Source of the DNA: Archaeoglobaceae archaeon
Lineage (GTDB): Archaea; Halobacteriota; Archaeoglobi; Archaeoglobales; Archaeoglobaceae
Length of the DNA: 64,000 nt
Direction: 5' to 3'
NCBI GenBank assembly: GCA_038893835.1
Contig: JAWAQR010000001.1
Coordinates: forward strand, 32,001 to 96,000
The translations under genes and the position numbers were made by a program. The notes under the pieces were generated by a model, which was not told where the DNA came from, ran no database searches, and saw only the letters and a list, made by a program, of their open reading frames with translations. Below, piece by piece: positions 10,998 to 19,731 of this stretch; position 1 is the stretch's first letter; each line of letters begins with the position of its first letter.

Positions 10998-13337
10998 GTG
11001 GTTGAAGGTTTGCTGCTGGATGCTGAATATGTTACGGTTGATGAAAAAGCTGTGATAAGGCTCTGGTGTAAAGGTGAGGAGATTTTTACAGCCTACGATA
11101 GAAATTTCAAGCCATATTTCTACGTCTTTGGGGTAGATGAGGAAGTAATAGAAAAAGTCGTCGTAAAGAGCAAAAAAGGAATGATAGCTCCAGAATCATA
11201 TGAAAGGAGGAAAGTTAAAGTCTTTGGAAAAGAAGAAGAAGCTTTTGTAATCTATGCAAAACATCCTCAGCATGTTCCAAAGCTCAGAGAAATCTTTTCA
11301 GAATTCGGGGAAGTAAGAGAAGCAGATATTCCATTCGCTTACCGTTATTTAATTGATAAGGATTTAGCTTGCATGGATGGTGTAAGGATAAGTGGAAGGG
11401 AAATAGAGGGGAAAATAAAGAGTTATGAGATCGAAAATGTGGAAAGAATAGACATGGAAGTTCCTGAGATGAGAATACTTGCTTTTGATTGCGAAATGCT
11501 CTCTTCTTTTGGCATGCCAGATCCGGAGAGGGATCCAATAATTGTCATCGCGGTCAAATGGGGGGAAGGAGAAAAGGAAGAGGAGCTGATAGTAGGGGAA
11601 GAAAGAAAAATCCTGCAAAGGTTCGTTGAAATAATAAAATCCGTTGACCCTGACATAATCGTTGGATACAACCAAGATGCCTTTGATTGGCCTTACATAA
11701 GGAAAAGGGCTGAAAAACTGAAGGTTCCACTCAACATTGGCAGAGATGGAGGATCAATTAGTTTTAAAGGAGGGAGGCCAAAGATAACTGGAAGGTTAAA
11801 CGTGGATTTATACGATATCGCGTTGAGGATTAGTGAAGTGAAGATAAAGAAGTTGGAGAACATTGCAGAATTTTTGGGTGCAAAAGTTGAGGTTGAAGAC
11901 ATCGAAGGCAAGGATGTGGCCAAATACTGGGAAAAGGATAGAGAAAAGGTTCTTTTGCATGCAAGGAGGGATTTGATACACACTTTTACAATAGCCAAGG
12001 AGCTTTTACCAATGCACTATGAAATGTCGAAGCTAATAAGACTTCCCTTAGACGATGTAACCAGAATTGGTAGAGGGAAGCAAGTTGACTGGCTCTTGTT
12101 GAGCGAAGCTAAAAAGCTTGGAGAAGTTGCACCAAATGCAGTGGAGGTTGCAGAAAGTTATGAAGGAGCTTTTGTAATTGAGCCAGAAAGAGGGTTGCAT
12201 GAGAATGTTGCAGAACTAGATTTTGCTAGTATGTATCCGTCGATAATGATAGCCTTCAACATCAGCCCAGACACACTGAGTCCGAATGGGGAATTTGTAG
12301 CGCCGGAAGTTGGTTATAGATTCAGGAAACAACCGGATGGATTTTTCAAAAGAATCCTGATTTCTCTGATAAAGAGAAGGCAGGAGATAAAGAAGGCCAT
12401 GAAGACAATGGATGAAAGGGATCCGAAGTACAAGTTGTTGGACATAAAGCAGCAAGCACTGAAAATTCTCACAAATTCCTTCTATGGCTACATGGGCTGG
12501 AGCGGGGCGAGATGGTATTGCAAGGAATGTGCTGAAGCAACTACAGCATGGGGAAGATACTTTATAAAGACTTCTGCAAGAATTGCTGAGGAGATGGGAT
12601 TCAAAGTCCTTTATGGCGATACGGACAGCATATTCGTTTCCAAACCCGTTGGTATCGAAGAACTTAAAAAAGATGTAGAAAAGCTAATAGAGAGAATTTC
12701 AAAGGAGCTTCCGGTGCAAATAGAGCTCGATGAACTCTTTAGAACGATCTTCTTTGTTGAGAAGAAAAGATATGCGGGAATAACTGAGGACGGGAAAATA
12801 CTGGTAAGAGGGCTTGAAGTTAGAAGAGGAGACTGGTGCGAATTGGCGAAGAAGGCACAGAAGGAAGTAATAGAAATCCTTCTGAGAGAGAAGAATCCCG
12901 AAAAAGCTTTGAATTTTGTTATGAAAGTTATTGAGACGATCAGAAGTGGTAAGATTAAGCTGGAAGATGTTGTAATATACAAGGGGCTGACGAAGAAACC
13001 ATCGAAATATGAGGCTGTTCAGGCACATGTAAAGGCTGCTAAGAGAGCTGAGGAGATAGGGATCGTTTACCCAGTTGGATCAAAAGTTGGTTACGTCGTC
13101 GTCAAAGGGGCTGGAAATGTTGGAGATCGCGCTTATCCTATAGATATGGTAGAGAACTTCGATGGCGAGAATTTAAGGATAAAGCGCAGAGATGGTTATG
13201 AAGTCAAAAAGCTCGACAAGGATTACTACATAGAGCATCAAATACTCCCAGCTGTGATGAGAATTCTGGAAAGATTTGGTTATTCAGAAGCCAGGTTAAA
13301 AAGCACGCAGACTAGTTTGGACTCATTTTTCAGCTAA
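10998..13337 (+). CDS. polB: Family B DNA polymerase (PolB3 type), no intein
   Basis: EADIPF, ExoI FDCE, ExoII YNQDAFD, DFASMYPS, KILTNSFYG, YGDTDS, KKRY, RGLE.RRGDW, C-terminal QTSLDSFF PIP box. Confidence 0.97.
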   Translation: MVEGLLLDAEYVTVDEKAVIRLWCKGEEIFTAYDRNFKPYFYVFGVDEEVIEKVVVKSKKGMIAPESYERRKVKVFGKEEEAFVIYAKHPQHVPKLREIFSEFGEVREADIPFAYRYLIDKDLACMDGVRISGREIEGKIKSYEIENVERIDMEVPEMRILAFDCEMLSSFGMPDPERDPIIVIAVKWGEGEKEEELIVGEERKILQRFVEIIKSVDPDIIVGYNQDAFDWPYIRKRAEKLKVPLNIGRDGGSISFKGGRPKITGRLNVDLYDIALRISEVKIKKLENIAEFLGAKVEVEDIEGKDVAKYWEKDREKVLLHARRDLIHTFTIAKELLPMHYEMSKLIRLPLDDVTRIGRGKQVDWLLLSEAKKLGEVAPNAVEVAESYEGAFVIEPERGLHENVAELDFASMYPSIMIAFNISPDTLSPNGEFVAPEVGYRFRKQPDGFFKRILISLIKRRQEIKKAMKTMDERDPKYKLLDIKQQALKILTNSFYGYMGWSGARWYCKECAEATTAWGRYFIKTSARIAEEMGFKVLYGDTDSIFVSKPVGIEELKKDVEKLIERISKELPVQIELDELFRTIFFVEKKRYAGITEDGKILVRGLEVRRGDWCELAKKAQKEVIEILLREKNPEKALNFVMKVIETIRSGKIKLEDVVIYKGLTKKPSKYEAVQAHVKAAKRAEEIGIVYPVGSKVGYVVVKGAGNVGDRAYPIDMVENFDGENLRIKRRDGYEVKKLDKDYYIEHQILPAVMRILERFGYSEARLKSTQTSLDSFFS

Positions 13338-14119
13338 ACTCCAAATGTTATCCTTAGCGCATTTCTCAAAGCTGGAGCAAAGCCAAAGACTAATAACACG
13401 AGCTTTATGAAATTTTTGAGAGTTCTTTTTTCTTCGCCTTCGATCAGGTAAAGGATTGTTGAGATCACGATGAACTTTACAATTGGCAGAGCTAATGGGC
13501 CGAAGTTGTCTACGATGAATCTTGGAAGCACATGGATTTCTACGTAGTCATAGAACTGAATTCCAATACAACTCGCAAAGCCATCGAGCATGTGGGCGAA
13601 CATGATCAGAATGCTCAGAAAATTCCTTGTTTTCTTAAATGTAGCGTAATAAAGAAAGGCTACAAGAGACGCCAATGCGATCGAGTTTGGAAAAACAAGC
13701 GGATTCACTATTACCAAGTTCGAGAAGAGAAGAAGAAATGTAAAGAAAGAAGGAATCAATCCCACGAACGCGTAAGGGATGTAATATCTCTTTGTCAATC
13801 TTCCTGAAATCATAAGTGTTGGAAAGGCTAAAAGAAAAATTAGGAGAAAGATGAATGGAGACATGAAGAGATAAGAAATTGGAGGATTTAGAAATCCGGC
13901 ATCCTCCAAAACTCTTGAAGAAGAGCCGAGAAAAATATATGGTACTGTCGCAATCACGAATTTCTCATCGATCTCGAATCTCTTTTCGAGAAAACGATAG
14001 AGAAGGAAGACTGCAATCACGAGGATTGCTGCCCAAGTAATCGTGTTCACCACGTTGTATCCTTCCTTGTACACAATGGAATCTATGTAATATTTCCTTA
14101 TGAACTCCCAAATGTCCAT
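13334..14119 (-). CDS. DUF63-family membrane protein
   Basis: GYNVVNT, RVLEDAG, AHMLDG, Y.EIHVL, GFAPALR. Confidence 0.78.
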   Translation of the reverse strand: MDIWEFIRKYYIDSIVYKEGYNVVNTITWAAILVIAVFLLYRFLEKRFEIDEKFVIATVPYIFLGSSSRVLEDAGFLNPPISYLFMSPFIFLLIFLLAFPTLMISGRLTKRYYIPYAFVGLIPSFFTFLLLFSNLVIVNPLVFPNSIALASLVAFLYYATFKKTRNFLSILIMFAHMLDGFASCIGIQFYDYVEIHVLPRFIVDNFGPLALPIVKFIVISTILYLIEGEEKRTLKNFIKLVLLVFGFAPALRNALRITFGV

Positions 14120-14140
14120 GGAAAAAATTCCTGCTGCTTA

Positions 14141-15025
14141 TTAATCTTCCTGCTTAACGATGAGCCCCATGTTTCTTAGAATTCTAACTACTTCAGCATT
14201 ATATGGAAATGAGTCCTGTTCAGCGTATTTGGCTAAAAAATCTTCTGCAAGCTCTATTGGGCTGCCGTTTACTTCTTCACTTCTTTTTACCTTTATCTCC
14301 ATTTCAAGTAGCTTTCTCTTCAGTTCTCCATGAAATTCACTTCCATCACTCACATCTATCCCCTCAACACATCCACGCCAGAAAATCGTCATACCTTCTC
14401 CAAATATTTCCCTATACTTAATAAACTGTTTTCTGGAGTACAATTCATAAATTCTGTGATCTGCAAAAAGCGCCTTACTTTCGATCCATCTTATTTTTTT
14501 ACCAAATATTTCCACCGGCTCTTCTAGCAAAAAGTCGGGTGTTTTCTGCATTCTCAACTCCTTCTCCCTTTTAAACCTAACTCTAAGCCTCTTTAACTCC
14601 TCTTCAACTATTTTTTCTCCTATTTCTCCAAGAACGGATTGAAGTTTTATTGCTATTGGAGAATAAATGAAGTCAATTGAAACTGCTCTATAAACGACTT
14701 TTGAAAGATCGTTATCAAGAATTTCTGGTCTTCTTAATGCCATATTTATTTCCTTTGTAGAAAAACCCATCGCATTTAGTAAAAGTCGAACTTTCATAAC
14801 CGGGGTTAAAGTTAACCATTCAGGAAATTTTTTATTTTCTTTCCAGTATTTAAGTATTTCCATCTTTTTTTCTACAAATAAATGATACTTCTTTTTGACA
14901 TTTTCCACTTTCTTCTGGAGGAGAATGGAGTGTAAAACCCCTCTGGGAAGATTAAACTTGTTTAAATCTGCAATTTTATTTATTTTCTTTCTGATCTCCA
15001 AGTAATCCTGCAACGGGAGTTTCAT
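14141..15025 (-). CDS. C15orf41/CDIN1 (TPD domain) PD-(D/E)XK nuclease-like protein
   Basis: D..YSP, GEIGE, KTPDFLL, WIESKALF, QF..Y; ATG at 15025 overlaps the Pcc1-like stop (ATGA). Confidence 0.8.
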   Translation of the reverse strand: MKLPLQDYLEIRKKINKIADLNKFNLPRGVLHSILLQKKVENVKKKYHLFVEKKMEILKYWKENKKFPEWLTLTPVMKVRLLLNAMGFSTKEINMALRRPEILDNDLSKVVYRAVSIDFIYSPIAIKLQSVLGEIGEKIVEEELKRLRVRFKREKELRMQKTPDFLLEEPVEIFGKKIRWIESKALFADHRIYELYSRKQFIKYREIFGEGMTIFWRGCVEGIDVSDGSEFHGELKRKLLEMEIKVKRSEEVNGSPIELAEDFLAKYAEQDSFPYNAEVVRILRNMGLIVKQED

Positions 15026-15225
15026 ATCTGTTCGCACATCTTTATGTGAATTAAGTAATCGTCCAACGCATAAAGGAGGGAACTGATCTTGTGAGTTTTA
15101 ACTTCTATCACTATTTTATCCCCATCAGCATAACATCTACACCATTCTGGATCGTCAATGCTGAGGGCTTTTACGATTTTTTCTGCATCTCTAATTTCTA
15201 TTTCTAGGCGAGCATAGCACAGCAG
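15022..15225 (-). CDS. pcc1: KEOPS subunit Pcc1-like protein, probable CTG start
   Basis: 67-aa frame (L)LCYARLEIEIRDAEKIVKALSIDDPEW...DKIVIEVKTHKISSLLYALDDYLIHIKMCEQI*; GGAGGT 9 nt upstream of CTG; downstream of RecJ, the usual archaeal position. Confidence 0.75.
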   Translation of the reverse strand: MLCYARLEIEIRDAEKIVKALSIDDPEWCRCYADGDKIVIEVKTHKISSLLYALDDYLIHIKMCEQI

Positions 15226-16514
15226 AGCCTATCTACCTCCTTCAGAAATTCCTCTATCTTTTCCCGAGCTATGTTTGCCCCAGCAGCAACTCTATGTCCC
15301 CCTCCTATTCCGTTTACCTTTGCGGCGGATAAGCGCATGACTTCCGCTAAATCGAGCTTTTTTGCAATTTTTTCTGTAGTTCTTGCCGAAACTTTCACTT
15401 TTCCATCCTTCTTTATATTTAGGACTATCAGTGGCTTGTCTGGGAAAAGGTAACGGGAAAGGATTGTTGCAACAGAACTAGTTGAGGGTGCATCATCCAT
15501 TATTAAATAGCGGATGCAAAAACCTTCTCTAACCTCATTTCTTCTCCTATAAATCTCCTCCAAGATTTCGATTTTGAACTTTTCTGCGATTTCCATTCCC
15601 TCTTTAAGCGCCTTTTCATCTCCTAGCAAAATGCTAAATGCAATGCCAGTTGCGCCAATTCTTCCGCATGAGTTGATTATGTCCACCATTGTTACTGGAT
15701 TTTTGACTACCAGGTTTTTTACCAAGATCTTTTTTCCTATTATCTGATCGAAGACACCCTCATATGCACCAAGCTTTAAAAGTCTCAGAGCAATTGCATC
15801 AGCAAGTCTCTGGACTTCGATTTCTGAAAGTTCATCAACTTCTCTATCTTCATCAATCTTTAAACTTCTCAGGAATTTTTGAAGCTCCTCATCTTTTTTG
15901 TAAAAGTCCAAGAATGGTTCAAAGCTCATCTTCAGGGCTTTAGAAATCTTTCCCGAAGGTAGGTTTATACCCCTGTTCACTTCAATACACCCTGCCTCTA
16001 TTCCCTCTCTCATGATCTCTCCATTCAATCCTATGAACTTTTGCTTATCTCCAATTGCCCCCAAAATTGCCAAAGATGCTAAATCCCTGTTGCCATTTAA
16101 CTCTCTTGCAAATAAATAAGCTACGCCACTTGCAGAGATTTCATAAGTGCCATCGATGCCAAAGAGATGTGGATTAACGTGTACAAGGTTTTTCTTACCC
16201 CTTATTTCTCCATCTGGCTTATGATGATCCAGTATTATTATATCGGAATCTATTTTGGAAATCTTTTCACTGTATCCACTTCCCATATCCGCGAATATTA
16301 TTAGCTCAGCCTCATCGGCCTCGAAATCGTTTAAACCTTTGAGAAAGCTAATCTGGAACTCTTTCCCAAGTCTCAGCAAGGCTCTTGCTATTATTGCACC
16401 AGCCGAAATTCCATCAACATCGTAATGAGTATATATTCTTACAAACTCGTGTCTCAAAAGCAGATTTGCAGCCTTCTTTGCACTTTCTTTAATTGTTAAG
16501 CCCGAACTCATCAT
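15204..16514 (-). CDS. recJ: RecJ/GAN-like DHH-DHHA1 phosphoesterase
   Basis: HYDVDG, DMGSG, DHH, SASG, GAIGD, SAR, GGGH.VAAGA. Confidence 0.88.
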   Translation of the reverse strand: MMSSGLTIKESAKKAANLLLRHEFVRIYTHYDVDGISAGAIIARALLRLGKEFQISFLKGLNDFEADEAELIIFADMGSGYSEKISKIDSDIIILDHHKPDGEIRGKKNLVHVNPHLFGIDGTYEISASGVAYLFARELNGNRDLASLAILGAIGDKQKFIGLNGEIMREGIEAGCIEVNRGINLPSGKISKALKMSFEPFLDFYKKDEELQKFLRSLKIDEDREVDELSEIEVQRLADAIALRLLKLGAYEGVFDQIIGKKILVKNLVVKNPVTMVDIINSCGRIGATGIAFSILLGDEKALKEGMEIAEKFKIEILEEIYRRRNEVREGFCIRYLIMDDAPSTSSVATILSRYLFPDKPLIVLNIKKDGKVKVSARTTEKIAKKLDLAEVMRLSAAKVNGIGGGHRVAAGANIAREKIEEFLKEVDRLCCAMLA

Positions 16515-17877
16515 GCACTATTTTTACAGCATTTATTCCATCTTCGGATTTCACGACAAAAGATATGTTGTACTCTGAACAACTCTGGCTTATCATTATT
16601 ACATTTATATTATTCCTACCAAGAGCCGAGAATATTCTTCCTGCCACTCCAGGAGTCCCAGCCATTCCCGCACCAACTGCACTTATTACAGCAACGTTCT
16701 CAGTTTTATTAACCTTTATTACACCATTTTCTATTTTCTTCAGCGCTTGATAAGCTTTTTCGAGATCTTTCTGATCCACAACAATGGACAAGCTCAACTC
16801 AGATGAACTCTGAGCCACCATTATCACTCCAACTTTTTCCTCAGCAAGTAATCTGAAAACTTCTGCCATAATTTCTGCAAAATCAAAACCAGCACCACTT
16901 ATGCTTACTATTCCGGCCCTCGGTATTAGGCTCAATGCCTTAACAACATCCTTGCTCTCCCTTGTATCAGAGCAAATAACAGTCCCCTCAAAGTCTGGAT
17001 TAAAAATATTCTTTATCCTGACTGGAATGTTCTTCCTCATTACCGGAATTAGAGCGAGGGGATGCAGGATTTTTGCTCCAAAATGAGAGAGCTCCATCGC
17101 TTCCTGATAAGATATCTGTGGGATAAATTTTGCGTTTGGAACAAACTTCGGATCACATGTCATTATCCCATTAACTTCCTTCCAGAGCCATACTTCATCT
17201 GCATTAAGCGCCGAGGCAAGTATTGTCGCTGTATAATCGCTACCGCCCCTTCCAAGCGTTGTTATACTCCCATCATCTGCACAGCCTATGAATCCCGTAA
17301 CGACCGGAACCATCTTCTTTATCTTTAACAATGGTTCAATTCTGTTCCTTATCAACTCATAAACTCCTGGCAATGGCTTCGCCTTTCCGTAGTTCTTATC
17401 TGTTATAATTCCGGCATCACATCCAGTTAGGGCAACAGAGTCGACGCCAAGGGAAAGAAGGGAGGCTGAAAATATTGGTGCTACAAGTCTTTCCCCAAAG
17501 GAGACGATATAATCTTCACTCCTCTTTGTCAGCTCTCCTAGATAAGTTATACCAAGCAGAACTTTTTCCAGCTCATCAAAGAGTTTTTCAAGAGCATATA
17601 TAACTCTGTTCTTAACATCTTCATTCAAAACAGCTTTTTCCACAGCTTCATAATGCTTTTTCATCATTTCCGCAACAAAGAGCTTTACAAATCCTGCTGA
17701 GGCCTCGGAACTGCATTTTTTAGCAGCATTTATGAGTGCATCGGTAACTCCTGACATGGCAGAAACTACAACTACGATTTCATTTCCATTCGCAAATTTT
17801 TTCACGAGATTAGCGCTATGAAGTATGCTTTCCCCATCCTTTACACTTACACCTCCGAATTTCATGACTATTCTCAT
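16489..17877 (-). CDS. lysC: Aspartate kinase with two ACT domains
   Basis: MKFGG, VVSAM, SFGERL, TTLGRGGSDYTA, GAKILHP, GTPGVAGRIF. Confidence 0.95.
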   Translation of the reverse strand: MRIVMKFGGVSVKDGESILHSANLVKKFANGNEIVVVVSAMSGVTDALINAAKKCSSEASAGFVKLFVAEMMKKHYEAVEKAVLNEDVKNRVIYALEKLFDELEKVLLGITYLGELTKRSEDYIVSFGERLVAPIFSASLLSLGVDSVALTGCDAGIITDKNYGKAKPLPGVYELIRNRIEPLLKIKKMVPVVTGFIGCADDGSITTLGRGGSDYTATILASALNADEVWLWKEVNGIMTCDPKFVPNAKFIPQISYQEAMELSHFGAKILHPLALIPVMRKNIPVRIKNIFNPDFEGTVICSDTRESKDVVKALSLIPRAGIVSISGAGFDFAEIMAEVFRLLAEEKVGVIMVAQSSSELSLSIVVDQKDLEKAYQALKKIENGVIKVNKTENVAVISAVGAGMAGTPGVAGRIFSALGRNNINVIMISQSCSEYNISFVVKSEDGINAVKIVHDEFGLNN

Positions 17878-17962
17878 ATCCCGAAAGCAAAGGTTAGAAA
17901 ATATAAATCTGTCGAACTTTTAAAATCGAAAAATTTTAATTGATCGTTTCATCTAAAACTAA

Positions 17963-18607
17963 ATGGTGATTCCAATGGAGTTTTCAAGGGTAAATTTTTT
18001 CAGATGGAGATATGAAGCCAGGTTTGAGTATAAGCTAATGCTAGCCATAATCTTCGCCATTTTTACTGGCATGTGTGCCCAGATACGAATTCCACTCCCT
18101 TGGACACCAGTTCCGATCACGATGCAGACTTTCGCAGTCTTTCTGAGTGCTATAATCTTAGGAAAGAACTGGGGAGGGATTTCGCAGTTTATCTATGTCT
18201 CACTTGGAACTCTTGGCATTCCTTGGTTTGCCGGATTTAAGGGGGGAATTTCTGCAATTCTTGGCCCTACAGGCGGGTATTTGCTTGGCTTTATAATTGC
18301 AGCATTCTTCATTGGTTACTTCATAGATCGCTTTATCTTATCTAGGTTTTTCATAACCTTACTTCCACTCCTGCTTTTCGCAAACTTCATCATAATCCAT
18401 GGTCTGGGATGTACTTGGCTTTATTTCTGGCTTCTTTCAATAGGAAAAGATCCTTCATTGTCTGAAATTCTGCTCATGGGGTCTTTACCATTCGTTCCTG
18501 GCGATCTTGCCAAGATATTTGCCTTAGCAGCAATAGGAAAACTGATAATGCCAAAGAGTGCATACAACGGTGAGATTGATGTGGGAAGGAAATATAAATT
18601 GTTTTAA
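17963..18607 (+). CDS. bioY: Biotin transporter BioY
   Basis: PWTPVPITMQTFAV, GIPWFAG, GPTGGYLLGF, LPFVPGDLAK. Confidence 0.92.
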   Translation: MVIPMEFSRVNFFRWRYEARFEYKLMLAIIFAIFTGMCAQIRIPLPWTPVPITMQTFAVFLSAIILGKNWGGISQFIYVSLGTLGIPWFAGFKGGISAILGPTGGYLLGFIIAAFFIGYFIDRFILSRFFITLLPLLLFANFIIIHGLGCTWLYFWLLSIGKDPSLSEILLMGSLPFVPGDLAKIFALAAIGKLIMPKSAYNGEIDVGRKYKLF

Positions 18608-18616
18608 AAAATAATT

Positions 18617-19039
18617 TTATTTTTTGAACAACTTTGAAGAATCCCAGGAGTAAATTTTCTCTGGCTTTACCTTTACAACTACCCTTGGTATCTGGAGCAG
18701 TTGCTGGAATTCAGGATCTTCGGGGGAAAGGTATTTCAGAAGAACTTTTCTTGAAAGTTCTTCGCTTTCAACTATTTCCGCCGTTCCCCTTATGATGACT
18801 CCTTTGTTTCCCTCCTTTTCCGATACATCAACAACTACTGCTACCTTGGGATTTCTAATTATATTCCTAACCTTGGCTGAGAACTTGCCAGTAGAGATGT
18901 AGATGAACTCACCATCATATAAAAACCAGACTGGATGAACGTTTGGGGTCAAATCTTTTCCAACTGTGGCTATTCTCGCTATAAGGGGCTTGGAAAGAAA
19001 TTCCTGTATCTCTTTTTGGCTCATACTTATATCGATCAT
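18617..19039 (-). CDS. Pyridoxamine 5'-phosphate oxidase-like (split barrel, FMN/F420-binding)
   Basis: ARIATV, P.V.PVWF, KVRNI..NPKVA, GVIIRGTA, PEKIYSWD. Confidence 0.82.
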   Translation of the reverse strand: MIDISMSQKEIQEFLSKPLIARIATVGKDLTPNVHPVWFLYDGEFIYISTGKFSAKVRNIIRNPKVAVVVDVSEKEGNKGVIIRGTAEIVESEELSRKVLLKYLSPEDPEFQQLLQIPRVVVKVKPEKIYSWDSSKLFKK

Positions 19040-19122
19040 GAGTAAAATTAGCTTCTCTATTTAAAAAATTAACTAAATTGGTTTCCCAACATAAATCTAT
19101 TAATAAAGACTCAATTTTCTAC

Positions 19123-19731
19123 ATGGACATCGTCGTTGGTGGTGGTAGATTTGGTGTTAAAGCGGCTGAGTATCTTGTGTCTAAGAAAAGAGAGTTCATC
19201 GTTCTGGATCCGGATGAGAACTGCGATGCTGCGAAAAAATTTAAAGAAAGATTTATAAAAGCTAAAGCTAAAGATTTGCGAAGATTTGTTGAAGAGCTAA
19301 AGCCTGAATGGATTTTTCCCACTGCACCGATTCACGTTGCTGCAGAAGCTCTAAGTGATAACTTTAAGCCTTGGAAAGAGAAAGTCAACGAGATCTTGGC
19401 AGGTCTTCCTTTGAAAGTAATTGTATCCATTGGAAAAGGGAGTATTGCTGTGAGTTATAATAGAGATGATACCTGCATTCAAAACTGTTCATCGCCAGAG
19501 ATATGTCCTGTGACAAAGATTAAACGTCCATGCCCGATGTACGATTTGCTGAGTTTTGCCTGTTCTGAGGCACATATTTTGATAAGCCATCAGTTGGCTC
19601 CGGGTTTGGGGGCTATAAGGGGAGAAGATTTGCTTGAAGTTTTAGAAATTTCAAGAAAAGTTGATAAGCTAATAGTTGCAACTGCCTGCAAATGCCATGG
19701 AGTAATAACGGCTCTGATCAAGTCTTCTTAG
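19123..19731 (+). CDS. Hypothetical protein, Rossmann-like N-terminus plus Cys-rich C-terminus
   Basis: VVGGGRFG, PTAPIH, CIQNC..PEICP, CPMY, SHQLAPGLG, TACKCHG. Confidence 0.72.
   Translation: MDIVVGGGRFGVKAAEYLVSKKREFIVLDPDENCDAAKKFKERFIKAKAKDLRRFVEELKPEWIFPTAPIHVAAEALSDNFKPWKEKVNEILAGLPLKVIVSIGKGSIAVSYNRDDTCIQNCSSPEICPVTKIKRPCPMYDLLSFACSEAHILISHQLAPGLGAIRGEDLLEVLEISRKVDKLIVATACKCHGVITALIKSS

Noticed and set aside
10996-11055. Out-of-frame ATG mini-ORF overlapping the polB GTG start
   Set aside because: No independent evidence of use; the GTG frame gives a normal N-terminus.
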